From assembly GCA_043228905.1 (NCBI GenBank), contig JBHGNT010000015.1, forward strand, positions 1,488,001 to 1,552,000: a DNA stretch of 64,000 nucleotides. Reading direction: 5' to 3'. How positions within the stretch are numbered: the first letter of the stretch is position 1; each line of letters opens with the position of its first letter. Source of the DNA: Azolla caroliniana. Lineage: Eukaryota; Plantae; Polypodiophyta. The notes under the pieces are model-generated. The model had not been told where the DNA came from. It worked only from the letters and a program-made list of their open reading frames with translations, and ran no database searches. A program made the translations under genes and the position numbers. Below, piece after piece: positions 40,805-52,000 of this stretch.

Positions 40805-43671
40805 GTCTCTCTGTTCCCTCCCCTGTTCCCTTGGAGAGGAGAGGGGGTCCTCTGTTCTCTCTGTCTCAGGCTTTGAATGGTGTCCGGAGGCACGGACACG
40901 TGCATGTCCGGACAAGTGTGAAACCGGACAAAACTTGTACCCCCCCCCCCCCCCTTCCCCGGACAAAGGCCCAAGTGTTAAAAGGGACCCTTCCTCTCTC
41001 TTTATGTATTCTGTAAACCCAACCCCGCGATCAAGGGCAACACAGATCAGCTCCCGGATTAGCTTTGTTGACATGAGGGGAAGAGAAATCCCCCCCCCCC
41101 CCCCTTCTCTGAATAGGATCTGCGCATCGGGTCGATTCAATATCCATGAGTACGTACTTAAACGACGTTCCAATGAATGACGGGAGCAAGAGCAAGAGCC
41201 TGGAACAGAAGGTGAAAGATACTTGGGATATATATGCAAGAACGTGTAAATATTGAACGAACAAAGTTAACATATATATATGTGTGTGTGTATGTATGTA
41301 TGTATGTATGTATGTATGTATGTGACCAAGACATAACAAAGGGGGTTACATAATAGTTGCCAATTTGTTGTGCACGAAGCCCCCCCCCCCCCATTGAACC
41401 ATGATCTAACCACCCATGTCATTGATAGATGAAGGTCGTTATCTCCCGCCATCACAGGTGCTTCCCTCGCTTTCGGAGACCTTTGCATTCTGAATCGGTC
41501 TGTTGTGCTAAAGATCTTTCGAGGACAAAACTCGCAATATATCTTACTTGAGAATCTTACAGGTTCCAATAACAATATTCTTCGGTCTCTTTTTATCTTA
41601 TTTACTTTTTTTCACTTAGTAACATCTATATATGTATCTCTTGGTTGGTCCTTACATGCCATTGTGCCCTCTTAAAAGGCATTAATGTATCTTTCTTTAA
41701 TTTGGTAAACGATCATGTTTGGTTTTCTTTCCTTTTGTCCTCTCTCTCTCTCTCTCTCTCTCAATATTTTTGTGTTCCTTTCTGCAAACCACTCATCCCT
41801 CCGTGTTTCATTTGTATCCGCTCATTTTGCGAATTCTTAACAACCGTTTCCTGATTAATTAACTCCGAACTTTGGGGCCGACCTAGAAAGGTTTTTGCTA
41901 TACCAAAATATAAGCAAATTATAACTGGCGATAATGAAAGAAACCAAGTTGCACGCAACTACTCAAATGTCTTTGGAAATAACCAAATTTATTGTGAGCA
42001 AAACCTAATCATAGCAAACAATACAATAAAAAAAACATCATTGAAACACCTCAAATTTGCAAGTGGAATCTTTTCCAAGATACTCAACTTGTAGCAAGAA
42101 TCCTATCAAGGATACCCATGTTGCAAAATAACAATCTCCTCCACTATATCAATGAAACATGAAACGCGGTGATCAAACATCTTTCTTTTGCTTAGAATCG
42201 TCAAACCTGTGAAGAAGGCCACTCGGATATCCCCTATTGTCATAGTTTGTCTCTAAAGAAAGAATAAGAAAACATCATCATACATTGCCAATTCTTATGC
42301 ATATTATACCTATCCCCCACCATTTTCGTTCACAAGTCTCTTTTCCCACGTTGATTTTCCCCACCATAAAAAAATCACAGAACATAATGTTATTGATGGT
42401 AAATTATATATGCTAATGGGATGGAGTCTTGCACACACCAATAAACCGACCTACTATTTCTTGCATCCAAATATTATAGAGACATGGATCAATATGTCAG
42501 TAATATTATAATAGTATGCATGACACGCATGCATAACTACGTGAGAAGACGTGAGAAAATTCTCATTCAATGAGAATACAAATATCATATCATAGCAAAT
42601 TCACTTATTATATATGATTCTTCATGGTTATGTTTTCGTTAAAATCATTCTCATTTTCCAATGCAATCTTTATCACGTCACATTGTTGTTGTCATTGTTG
42701 TGTGTGTGTGAGAGAGAGGGGGGGGGGGGGGGGGTGAAGGGAGACATAGTCTTACAAATCATGACATTATTTTATTATTGTCAACAAGCACATGTTCTTG
42801 GTGCTCACATGAAGTGCATTTTGGATATTAGTTTATTGTTCTTCAAACATTAGTTGCACTCGTTTGAACCTCATAATGTAATACATTTATTCTTTGATTT
42901 TCTCATGGAGAAAGACTCAAAAATCATGGATTCCATAGCCCACACTCCATAATGCCCTCTCATAAATTAGTAAAGCTAGTGACATTTGGGCAAATGTGTT
43001 AGAATAAACATGAGAGAGAGATCTATAAATATGAACTGATGCAAGCCTAGCATTTTGATCGTGCATTATATGTATAGTATAGGTAATTGAGAAAAAGGTT
43101 TAAAAAAAAAAAACACCATGATATATCTTAATGGTTAAGGTTACGAATAATTGTTTAAGAGGTCATGGCATCAAATCTTTATATTGCTTTGGAGTTTTGA
43201 TATATGCTCATAACATCATCCCCTTCCTTTGGCGTTGTTCCACGAGTCGCAATGCACGAACTAGGAATCAACTTATTTTCGAATGCCAATGATACAATTC
43301 AACTATAAGTTTTGAGTCATTAGTGAGATTCTCAACAATCTTCAATTTTCGATCAATAGGCGTAATATAACCAATCAACCAAATATATATAATTTATTCT
43401 ACACAACTTTGGAGTAGAAAATGTGTTTTGGCTCATATTTTAGACTTTCATCAAGCTCAATTGGTGGTAGAGGAGTAATAACACAATTTGAAATAGAACT
43501 TAAAGGATAAGGTTCTAAAAGTGATACCTAAAAATTAGGGTGAAGATACATCAAGGGGGAGAGAGAGAGAGAGAGAGAGAGACTACATAGGCATATGATA
43601 AGTAGAGGAGACTAAGTGTTGTAACGAAGTGGATTTTACATACAATTAAAATAATTGTGTGATTTTACCAA

Positions 43672-43715
<44 letters not shown>

Positions 43716-43718
<3 letters not shown>

Positions 43719-43910
43719 AGATGGATGTAGCTCAGTTGGTAAGGTTGCCTAATGGATGGCATCTAATAAAATTAAGAGAGCCCAGATGGATGTAGCTCAG
43801 TTGGTAAGGTTGCCTAATGGATGGCATCTAGTAAAATTAAGAGATCCTAGATGGATGTAGCTCAATTGGTAAGGTTGCCTAATATGGATGACATCTAGTA
43901 AAATTAAGAG
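43716..43910 (+). mobile_element. Three tandem ~65-bp copies of a tRNA-derived (SINE-like) head fragment
   Basis: Unit CCCAGATGGATGTAGCTCAGTTGGTAAGGTTGCCTAATGGA.. contains a Pol III A-box (TAGCTCAGTTGG) and follows a (GA)n tract. Another copy at ~63329-63390. Confidence 0.6.
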
Positions 43911-44034
43911 AGATATATGGAGTAATAAAGAGATGAGAAATTGGGTTTCAAACCCAAGACATAATGTTAATTGTGTAACAACTTACCTATAGGGTAAACT
44001 AATTACAATAGAGAGAGAGAGAGAGAGAGATTAC

Positions 44035-44770
44035 ATTATCGTCTTCGGAGGCCAAATATGACCTATGAGACAAAAAATATTACATTTCATGTGATACATG
44101 TGAAAGTGAGTAGTGACTCTCGATGTTCACGAACTTTACTAATGAATGTTGCAATCGAGAGTGCACATTGTGGTTGTGAGAGGAATTCATGCAACAATTG
44201 GCCTCGATCGAAGAGATGTGGAAAACATGGTCGAATATGATCAAAGGCAAAGCATTGTATCAAAGTGTGATACTCAGACTCGCGAACTTGTTTAGGGCAA
44301 AGTGTGCATAGCCAACCACTCTCATCACTTGCCCCAATGCCATGTCTCACATCGCAATGCATGTGAGCTAAGTCGCATGGAATCAATGGTTCGAATGGGG
44401 GATAACGGTATGGGCTCCAACATGTATCGATGTGTACCGTTTCCCAGTTCCGCAAAGAATATGGTTTTGTAGTTAGTTGCAACATGTGTAGTATAATGTG
44501 TAAAGCATGAGCCTCCACATTTGTCCCATGTCATGATACATTGGCATTGCAAAAATGCCGCATTTACAAAGGAGTCAAGTGATGCATCATGAAGCAAGTG
44601 TCTCGCATCCCATCTACGAAACCATTTTTCAATATCTTGCATCCAATCGGAACACAAAATTATGCCTTTATGAGTCTTTTTTGCTTGCTTCCCATGCAAT
44701 TCTAAGAAGTGTCATAGACATATGCCATAGAGGAAGGTAGGGATTGAACCCAAGACCTCATGGTCTCTAT
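44035..44770 (-). mobile_element. Non-LTR retrotransposon 3' fragment with a tRNA-like B-box at its 5' side
   Basis: Decayed LINE C-terminus HALRCETWHWG / LCTLCPKQVRESEYHTLIQCFAFDHIR (CCHC-type motif). Minus-strand GGTTCAATCCC at 44740-44750. The 3' end abuts (GA)n, and a second 3'-end copy is at ~45188-45240. Confidence 0.7.
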
Positions 44771-45051
44771 TGTAGTGTAGATTGAACATTGGAAGTTCCT
44801 AGCTTGCATGCATCCTCATTTCTAGCTTGCACACATTCTCATGCATTCTCTATTGCATGCATCCTCATGCATACTCTATTTCGAGATGGCTTACATAGCC
44901 CTACCTTCCTGTATAAATACTCAGGTGCACCTTGATTCTAATCAAGGTGAACAACACTAGTTACGAATTCTATAAGTTGAGTTCTTGTTCTTTTCCTCTC
45001 TCTTGTTTTCTAGTATTGTCTTCGCTCTGCTCTATTATACTTATCCGTGAC
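44771..45051 (+). mobile_element. Possible solo LTR
   Basis: TG...CA ends, TATAAATA at ~44912 and a pyrimidine-rich downstream part. No TSD found. Confidence 0.35.
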
Positions 45052-45257
45052 AAGAAGTCGATGTGAGGGACTTTTTTGAACCTTAAGCATGTATTCAACA
45101 ACCCTTTCCATGGTCATGATCTCAATGGGAAGCGATCCGGTCTCAAGGAAGAGGAGGGTGTATGGTGTTTGTAGAGAGAGAGAGAGACGTCTTCTAGGAC
45201 CAAATTTGGCCCATGAGACAATTGGTTACAACAAATAGGATGTAATCCAATCATCGA

Positions 45258-45514
45258 TGTTGAGAATCAAACTCAACTTCCCTAGTGTGGGAATTTGTGT
45301 GAACATCCCACCTCCTTCGTACAATAACTAACGTGTCATAGAAGTTAAGTCCTATGACACATATTCAGTAGGTATTTAAGTCTCCACCTCTTTCCCAAGA
45401 AACGGTGGTAGTAAGAGAATGTAGAGAGAATGTGACTACATAGGCACCTTCTCCTCCTCTTTGTAAATGTCGGTTCATTCTTGTTTCTTCTCAATACAAT
45501 TTTCTTGTTGTTTG
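45258..45514 (+). mobile_element. Copia solo LTR, left part (same family as 4380-4824), split by the Gypsy insertion
   Basis: TGTTGAGAATCAAACTCAACTTCCCTAG..GTGTCATAGAAGTTAAGTCCTATGACAC..TAGGCACCTTCTCCTC matches the reverse complement of 4560-4824. Preceded by ATCGA. Confidence 0.88.
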
Positions 45515-45933
45515 TGTTATTCTCTGACCGGACAAGGCCTAACACAAGGTGTCACGGAGACACTTCACCAAAGGGTGGTTACGGCATAGGATTATGACTC
45601 AACAATTACACCGACCTAAGTAGGTTACACGATTAGAGCGCTTTTGTTAATTACACGCGTAAGATATAACAGTAAGTACAGAACGGAAATCAACACAGAA
45701 GTATAAACACCATACGCTCTATTAATTATCCGCTGCGATTACAATGGGGTCCGGGCCTTTAAATAGGTTTCCGGCCCGTAGTACAAAACGGTGCCTATCG
45801 CACCTATTCGGGATCCGTCCGGATCTGGAACGGCATACCGTTTCCAGTCCGTCCGTCCATACTATGCTTATTTACAACCATACTTAATTAATTCCTTCAC
45901 TCCGTATTTTGGACTCCTTGCCGGCCGGTAACA
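45515..45933 (-). repeat. Gypsy 3' LTR
   Basis: Identical to 60289-60707. Minus-strand TATA-like CTATTTAAAG near 45767-45776. Confidence 0.96.
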
Positions 45934-45935
45934 CA

Positions 45936-45973
45936 TGGCACGCCCGTGGGACAGTACCTTGTACGTCGAACCC
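45936..45973 (-). other. tRNA-Arg 3'-end-like sequence at the expected PPT position
   Basis: Element sense strand reads GGGTTCGA-[CGTACAAGGTACT]-GTCCCACGGGCGTGCCA-TG-LTR. No purine run abuts the LTR. tRNA identity is from recalled plant tRNA-Arg(UCU) 3' ends. Confidence 0.7.
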
Positions 45974-45985
45974 TTCTCGGCCCCT

Positions 45986-48655
45986 TCATTGTTCACCCAA
46001 ATTGTCCAAAATACTTTGTTCCAGAGTTTCCAATTGTTCTTCCGGTTGTGGTTGTTGCGGCTGTGCTTGCTGCTGCTGCTGTGGTTGCGGTTGGGACTGA
46101 GACTGCTCCGGCTGCTCTATAGGCGGCTGCTCCGTTTGTTTCTCTGACTCCGGCATCTCCGTTTGACTGCTTCCGGTCCGGTCTCCTTCCAGTAACGGTT
46201 CCTCATCACTGAGGTTGACCGTAACCGGTTCTCGTGCTTTCTCTTCCCGGATCCGGGACCTCTCGTAGCTTTCAAATTGGATCTGCGCCTCCAGCCTGTC
46301 GTCGTCCAGCTGAGCTACAAGTTGCCGGACTTGCCCTAGTTGGTCCTCTGCCAAGGCTTGAAAGTCTTCGGCCAGCTCATCTCTTATGCCGGTGAAGTCT
46401 TCGGAAGTCAGCATATAGCAATCATCTCCCTCCTTCCGCCGGTTCTCTACGTCGGCCCGGAGCAATTGGAGTTCCGCCGCGTTCGTGGCCCACTTGGTCC
46501 ACCATTTGACGGAACCGTTGTCAATCAAGCTCTTGGTCTGGTTCAACCAGGCCCGCATGATATCCTGGATGCGACTTGCTCCCATTTGCGCTCTACTTTC
46601 CACAACTTGTCGTTCCTCCTTCAACTGCTTGATGAGATTAGCCGTATCCTCCGCTTGCTCTCTGTAGCGCGTCAGCTGCCCTTGATATGTTGTTTGCAGC
46701 CTCTGTAGTACCTCCGCCACTCTTTCTTTTTCCGCCTGCTGCTGCCTGAGGAGCTCTGTCCGAACCTTCTCCGCCTCTTCCAACCGTCTTCTAGTTTCCG
46801 CTTGTTCATTAGCGTATGCCGTTGCGGTCCGATCAACTGCTTGCCGGAGCTCATCCGTCCGTTCCTTGTGCTCCGTTTGCAACCGTTTATACTCCCGGTG
46901 CAAGTGCTCAAATTCCTCCGTTTTTTGTTTGAGCTTGCCGTTGATCTGGCGATGGTTCCGGTCCTCCCGGTCCTTTAGCTGCCGGAGTTCCTCTTTCAGG
47001 CGCTCTACTTCTGTTTCGGCGTTTCTCCGGAGCCTGTCCTTCTCTTGCAGCATTTTCTCCCTCTCCTCCTTGAGCCGGTCGTACACTTGGTGGCCTTTTC
47101 GTAAGCTCTCCTCGGCCCGGCGTAGATTCTCAGCAGTCTTTTTAAGTTTTGCCTCCGCTGCCGTCTTCAACTCTCTTTCGCGGCTCCTCAACGCTTCTTG
47201 GGCAGCTAGCTCATCCTTTAAGTCCGCAAGCTCTTGGGCTTGTGCCGCATTTCTCTCCGGAACGGTTTCCGTTGCCGGGGTCTGATTGCTATGTACAGGT
47301 TGATCTGACGCTTTATTCTGTACATTGCCTGGAGTCACCGGTGCTTGGACTTGTGTTGTCAAAGCCAATTGAGCCATTTCCCTTGTGACCCTGTCCAAGT
47401 CTTGTTCAAGGCTCCGGATTCTGGACCGGGCCGTCTCTAGATCTACGGTTGTGACGAGCAACCGTTCGTGGTGCGCTCTCTCCTCCGCCTCTATGTACTC
47501 GACCGCTCCGGCGATCTGCTCGCCTACCCACCGTAGCCACATGCTACTGGTGCCTTGCTGCTGTACTGGTCGGGTCGGCTCGTTCACTGTGGAATTGTCT
47601 GGCCTGAGTGCCTGTATCTGCCGTTCTGGTTCTACTCCTTGGCCGTTGTGTGTGCTGGCTGGGCTCGCCGGCTGTTGAGTTCCGGTTCTCGCCGTCTCCG
47701 GAGCCGTTGGAATGACTTCTTGTATAGAAGGCGACAAGGCCGGTTCTATACGCATCGGTTCCGGTTCCTCCCTTGCGGTTTGCTCAGGTTGAGTTGGGGG
47801 CGTTTCTTCCTTTTGCGGGTCCGAACGCTCCCCCGCTGTCCCGGCGGTCCTACTTCTTGACCGTCGTTGGAGGTGCTCTACTGGCTCCTCCGTTTCCTCT
47901 TCCTAGGTAACGGCATGTATCTGTGTCGTCAAGGGTTCCGGTTCCTTCTGTCCCGGTCGCCGTATGGTTATCTTAACGGGTAGGACCGGTGACACCTCCT
48001 CCGGTTCTGGGAGCCGTTTCTTCCCTTTCGTCGCCTTCGACGCCAGCAGCTGCTGTCGTTTGGACGCGGGCTTCGAGGTGCTTCCTTCTGATAATCTTGG
48101 CCGCTTCTTTGGCTGAACGGTCTCGACCGGCGGCACGAGCAATGTTATCCACTGAGCTACGGCATGCCACAGCTTCCGGCCCTCCTTGCCGTCCTTTCCT
48201 TGTACCATGTCGATTGCCGCGCACAAACCGTCTGCAATCAACACCGACCAGTCCACCTTGATCCCTTCATAGGTGGCTATGATCATCCCTGCCCGATTTT
48301 TTGGCATGACAGGGGGTCGGGGGTACACGTGGCCGTACTCATGGAGCACTCGAGCTATCTCCCTGAATAGCGGATCTTCGCCACCCTGCGTTCGATAGCC
48401 TTTGCCGGCTAGAGAGTACTCACCGAAATATCAGATGAGTTGCTCCGAGGTTGGGTTATCGATCTGAAAAATACCTCCCTCCAGAAGGCCTGTTAGCGCA
48501 CGGATCGCTTCCTCGGTGATGACTTCTGTGTCGAGCTCCTTGATGACCCGGTCGGCTTCTTTGTGCGGTGGTGCCTCCATGATGGTCAAGAACCCATCCA
48601 GTCCGTGTTGCCTGAGCCATTTCCTGGCCGCTTCCGACAGCGTTTGTGGGTCCAT
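45986..48655 (-). pseudogene. Gypsy extra 3' ORF (~889 codons): plant-transposon-type N-terminal domain plus long coiled coil, broken by two in-frame stops
   Basis: ORFs 48431-48955, 47903-48349 and 45986-47755 share one frame. The gaps translate openly (YFGEYSLAGKGYRTQGGEDPLFREIAR; EEETEEPVEHLQRRSR..). Stops are TGA at 48431-48433 and TAG at 47903-47905. ATG at 48655. Confidence 0.8.
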
Positions 48656-49030
48656 GTCTGCTTCGAGGTCGAGGAAAGATGGCGAGGTAGAGTGGTGATG
48701 AGAGTGAGAGCGAGAGAGAGAGAGTTCCAAACGTGGGGGTTCTCTGAGTGCAAGTTCGCGTTTGCTAAGCTTCCACTGCCTTGGTGCTTCTATGCTTCTT
48801 GGCTCGCGAAATGAAAAGGTCTCCATGCGTTCTGCTTTTTCTCTGTGCGTCTTGGCGCCTTTTCCGAGCATGCGCACGTCGTGTACCAATTTAGTATTAA
48901 GTAACGTGGCGGCTCTTAAATGCCCACTACGTACCTTTTCGCTCCTTGCTTTCACGTCCGTTCATACCTCGATTTTTAATGATTTCTCTTTTTTTTTTTC
49001 TTTTTTTTTTTTTAATGACGGTATGTGATC

Positions 49031-52000
49031 TTACACATCCGTAGGTCCCTTCGGACCCTTACCGTTTTCCTTACGGGTTGCCGTGTCTTCCTTCGCCTCT
49101 GCTACGGGTTCCCCGTCGTCTTTTTCTTCCATCCGTGCCGTTCCCGGTATAGTGCCGGTGGGCTGCATAAACGGGTTACTTGGCATCGGTCCTTTATAGG
49201 GCTTTAGTCTAAATCCGTTGACCCACTTGCCTAGCACTTCACCGGCAAGTGTCCCTAACTGATAGGACCCGTTGTATTCCCGTGTCAGCCAGTACGGGCC
49301 TGTCCATCTAAACCGGAGTTTACCCGGCATCTTGCCCATCCTCGTTTGGAATACTAGCACCGGCTTTCCGATTTCGAACATCTTCTCATTACCTTTCCGG
49401 TGACGGTCAACGAACGCTTTCCGTCGTCGTTGCTCCAGTTCCATGTGTAGGATGCTGGCCAGCCGTTGCTCCTCCAGTTCGCATAGTGCTGCTAGCCGCA
49501 TTTCCTCCGACTCCTTTTCATTCAGCCGTTCCCGTAGTTGGATCCGTAAGCTTGGTACCTGAAATTCCACCGGCATGACCGCCTCTAAGCCGAACGCTAA
49601 CCGGAACGGCGTTGTCCGGATACTTGTTTTGTATGTCGTTCGGTACGCCCATAGCGCGCTATGGAGCTTTGTATCCCAGTCCGTCCGGTTTTCATTGACG
49701 ATTTTGTGGAGAATGTTCTGGAGCGTTTTGTTGGTTGACTCTGCTAACCCGTTTGCTTGTGGGTAGTACGGTGTGCTCCGTTTATGGACCACGGCATAGA
49801 ACGTTGTTAAGCTTTCAACTACCTGGCCGAGGAAGTGCCCTCCTTGGTCGCTGATTAATTCAATCGGACATCCATATCGGCACCAAATATTCTCGTACAG
49901 GAATTTTGCTGTGGATGACGCGATGTTGTCTCTCAAGGCCTTAGCCTCCACCCATTTAGTGCAATAATCTGTTGCCACGATGACATAACGATTACCTGTT
50001 CTCATTGCCGGTGGCTTGAACGGTCCGACAAAATCCAACCCCCACTTCTGGAATGGCTCTAGTGGAAGTACCGGTTGGTGTGGCATACGTGCTTGCTCCG
50101 TAGGCTGGCCCATTCGTTGGCATAGGTCACATTCCTTAGCATACTTGACGGCGTCTTTTAACGTCGTGGGCCACCATAAGCCGCTCTGCCATACTTTCCT
50201 TCCCGTCACTTCCCCGGCATAGTGTCCTCCGGCAACCCCACAGTGTGCTTCCCGTAAGATTACTTGTTTCTCGTCACTACGGACTGCCCGTCTCCATATT
50301 CCATCTGCTCCCTTGTGGTAGAGAGTGTCCCGTAACAGACAGAAATTGCGGCTCTGTACCGCCAGTTGTTTCCTTTCGTCCCGGTTCATTTCCTCCGGTG
50401 GCAGGCCCGTGCTTAGGAACTGGTGCATGTTTGTCAGCCACCTATCTTCTGATGCCACCGTGTCGTCCGTTGCCGTTTCCGGGGTGATACGGAATAACTC
50501 TGCGTCCGGGAATTCATCCGATACTCCGTCGCCTGATTCTCCGGACTCTAACCGGCTCAGGTAGTCTGCTACGGCATGCTGGATACCGGGCCAGTGGAAG
50601 ATCTCGAATTCGAACTCCTGCAACAGCAAGGTCCAACGGGCCAACTTACCGGTCAGGGACGCCTTGGACACTAAGTACAGGAGCGCCGAGTGATCCACAT
50701 GAAAGGAGAACTTCCTTCCCAATAGGTAATGACGAAACTTTGTTACACTGTAGATCATGCCCAGGGCCTCCCGTTCCGTCGTCGAATAGTTCTTCTCCGC
50801 TTGGGACAGCTTCCGGCTGGCGTAATATACCGGCCGGTACCATTTAGGCTCCGTAAGTTGCATTAAGGCGCTGCCGATAGCGATGTCGGAAGCGTCAACG
50901 AACACATGAAATTCCTTGCTCCAATCCGGAGGCTGCACGACGGGTGCTTGCGACAAAAGTACCTTCAGGGCATTGTATGCCTTATCCTCCGTATCCGTCC
51001 ATTGGAACGGTGTCCGATGTACCGCGGTGTGTAATGGTGTAGCCAAGTCAGCCAAGTGACGGAGCATCCAGCTGTGCCACCGGATCTGTCCTAAGAATCG
51101 GCTTAGTGCTTTGGCCGTTTTCGGCGCCGGTGCCCCTAGTATCGCGTTTACTTTGTCCGGGTCGACCGCAATGCCCTCCTTACTTACAATGTGTCCCAGT
51201 AAGATTCCACTTGAAACCCCAAAGATGCATTTTGCTGGGTTTAAGCTTAGCCGGTATAACCTACACTTTTCAAGGCATAACCGTAGGTGCTGCAAATGGT
51301 CTTTTTCCCGGCTATAGACTGCAAAGTCATCCAGGAAAACCTGCATGAAGGCTGGAATGTATTCGCCGAAGATCTCCATGATGATTCGCTGGAAATTTGT
51401 TGGTGCCGTTTTTAGTCCGAACATCATTACTACGGCCACAAACACCCCCCATTCGGTGACGAACGCTGTCTTCTCCTGGTCGTCAGGGTGCATCCGGATT
51501 TGATTGTATCCGCTGAACCCGTCTAAAAAGCTATAAACTTCATGGCCGGCGACGGCATCCAGTACTCCATCCGTGAACGGAAGAGGGAATGCATCCGTAA
51601 TTGTGGCTGCATTTAGTTTCCTGTAATCTACACACACGCAGATTTTACCGTTCTTCTTTGGGACGACGACGATGGGGCTCAGCCACGTCGCTTTCTTTAC
51701 CGGCCGGATGAAGCCCACTCTTAGGAGTTTGTCGATTTCCTCCTTCACTTTGGCGGCATAGTTGGGGTTCATTCGGTAACGTCTTTGCGCCACTGGTTTC
51801 GCGTCCTTGCCTAAGTGGATCTGATGCTGATATAATTGAGGGTCCAGCCCTCGCATGTCTTCGTATGACCAGGCGAATACGTCGCGAAACTCCGTGAGAA
51901 GTTTGATCATTGCCGCTTTATCTTCCGGCTTCATTTCTTTGGCGATGTGTACCGGCTTTGATTCGTCCTTGCTTCCTAGGTTCACTTCGTCGAGCTGGGA

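Noticed and set aside
40754-41239. In-frame upstream extension of RhoGDI exon 1
   Set aside because: It is made of poly-G and (GA)n microsatellite translations; ATG 40753 gives a normal-sized GDI.
43716-43780. Possible tRNA gene
   Set aside because: Only the A-box half is present, with no full cloverleaf; treated as SINE-like.
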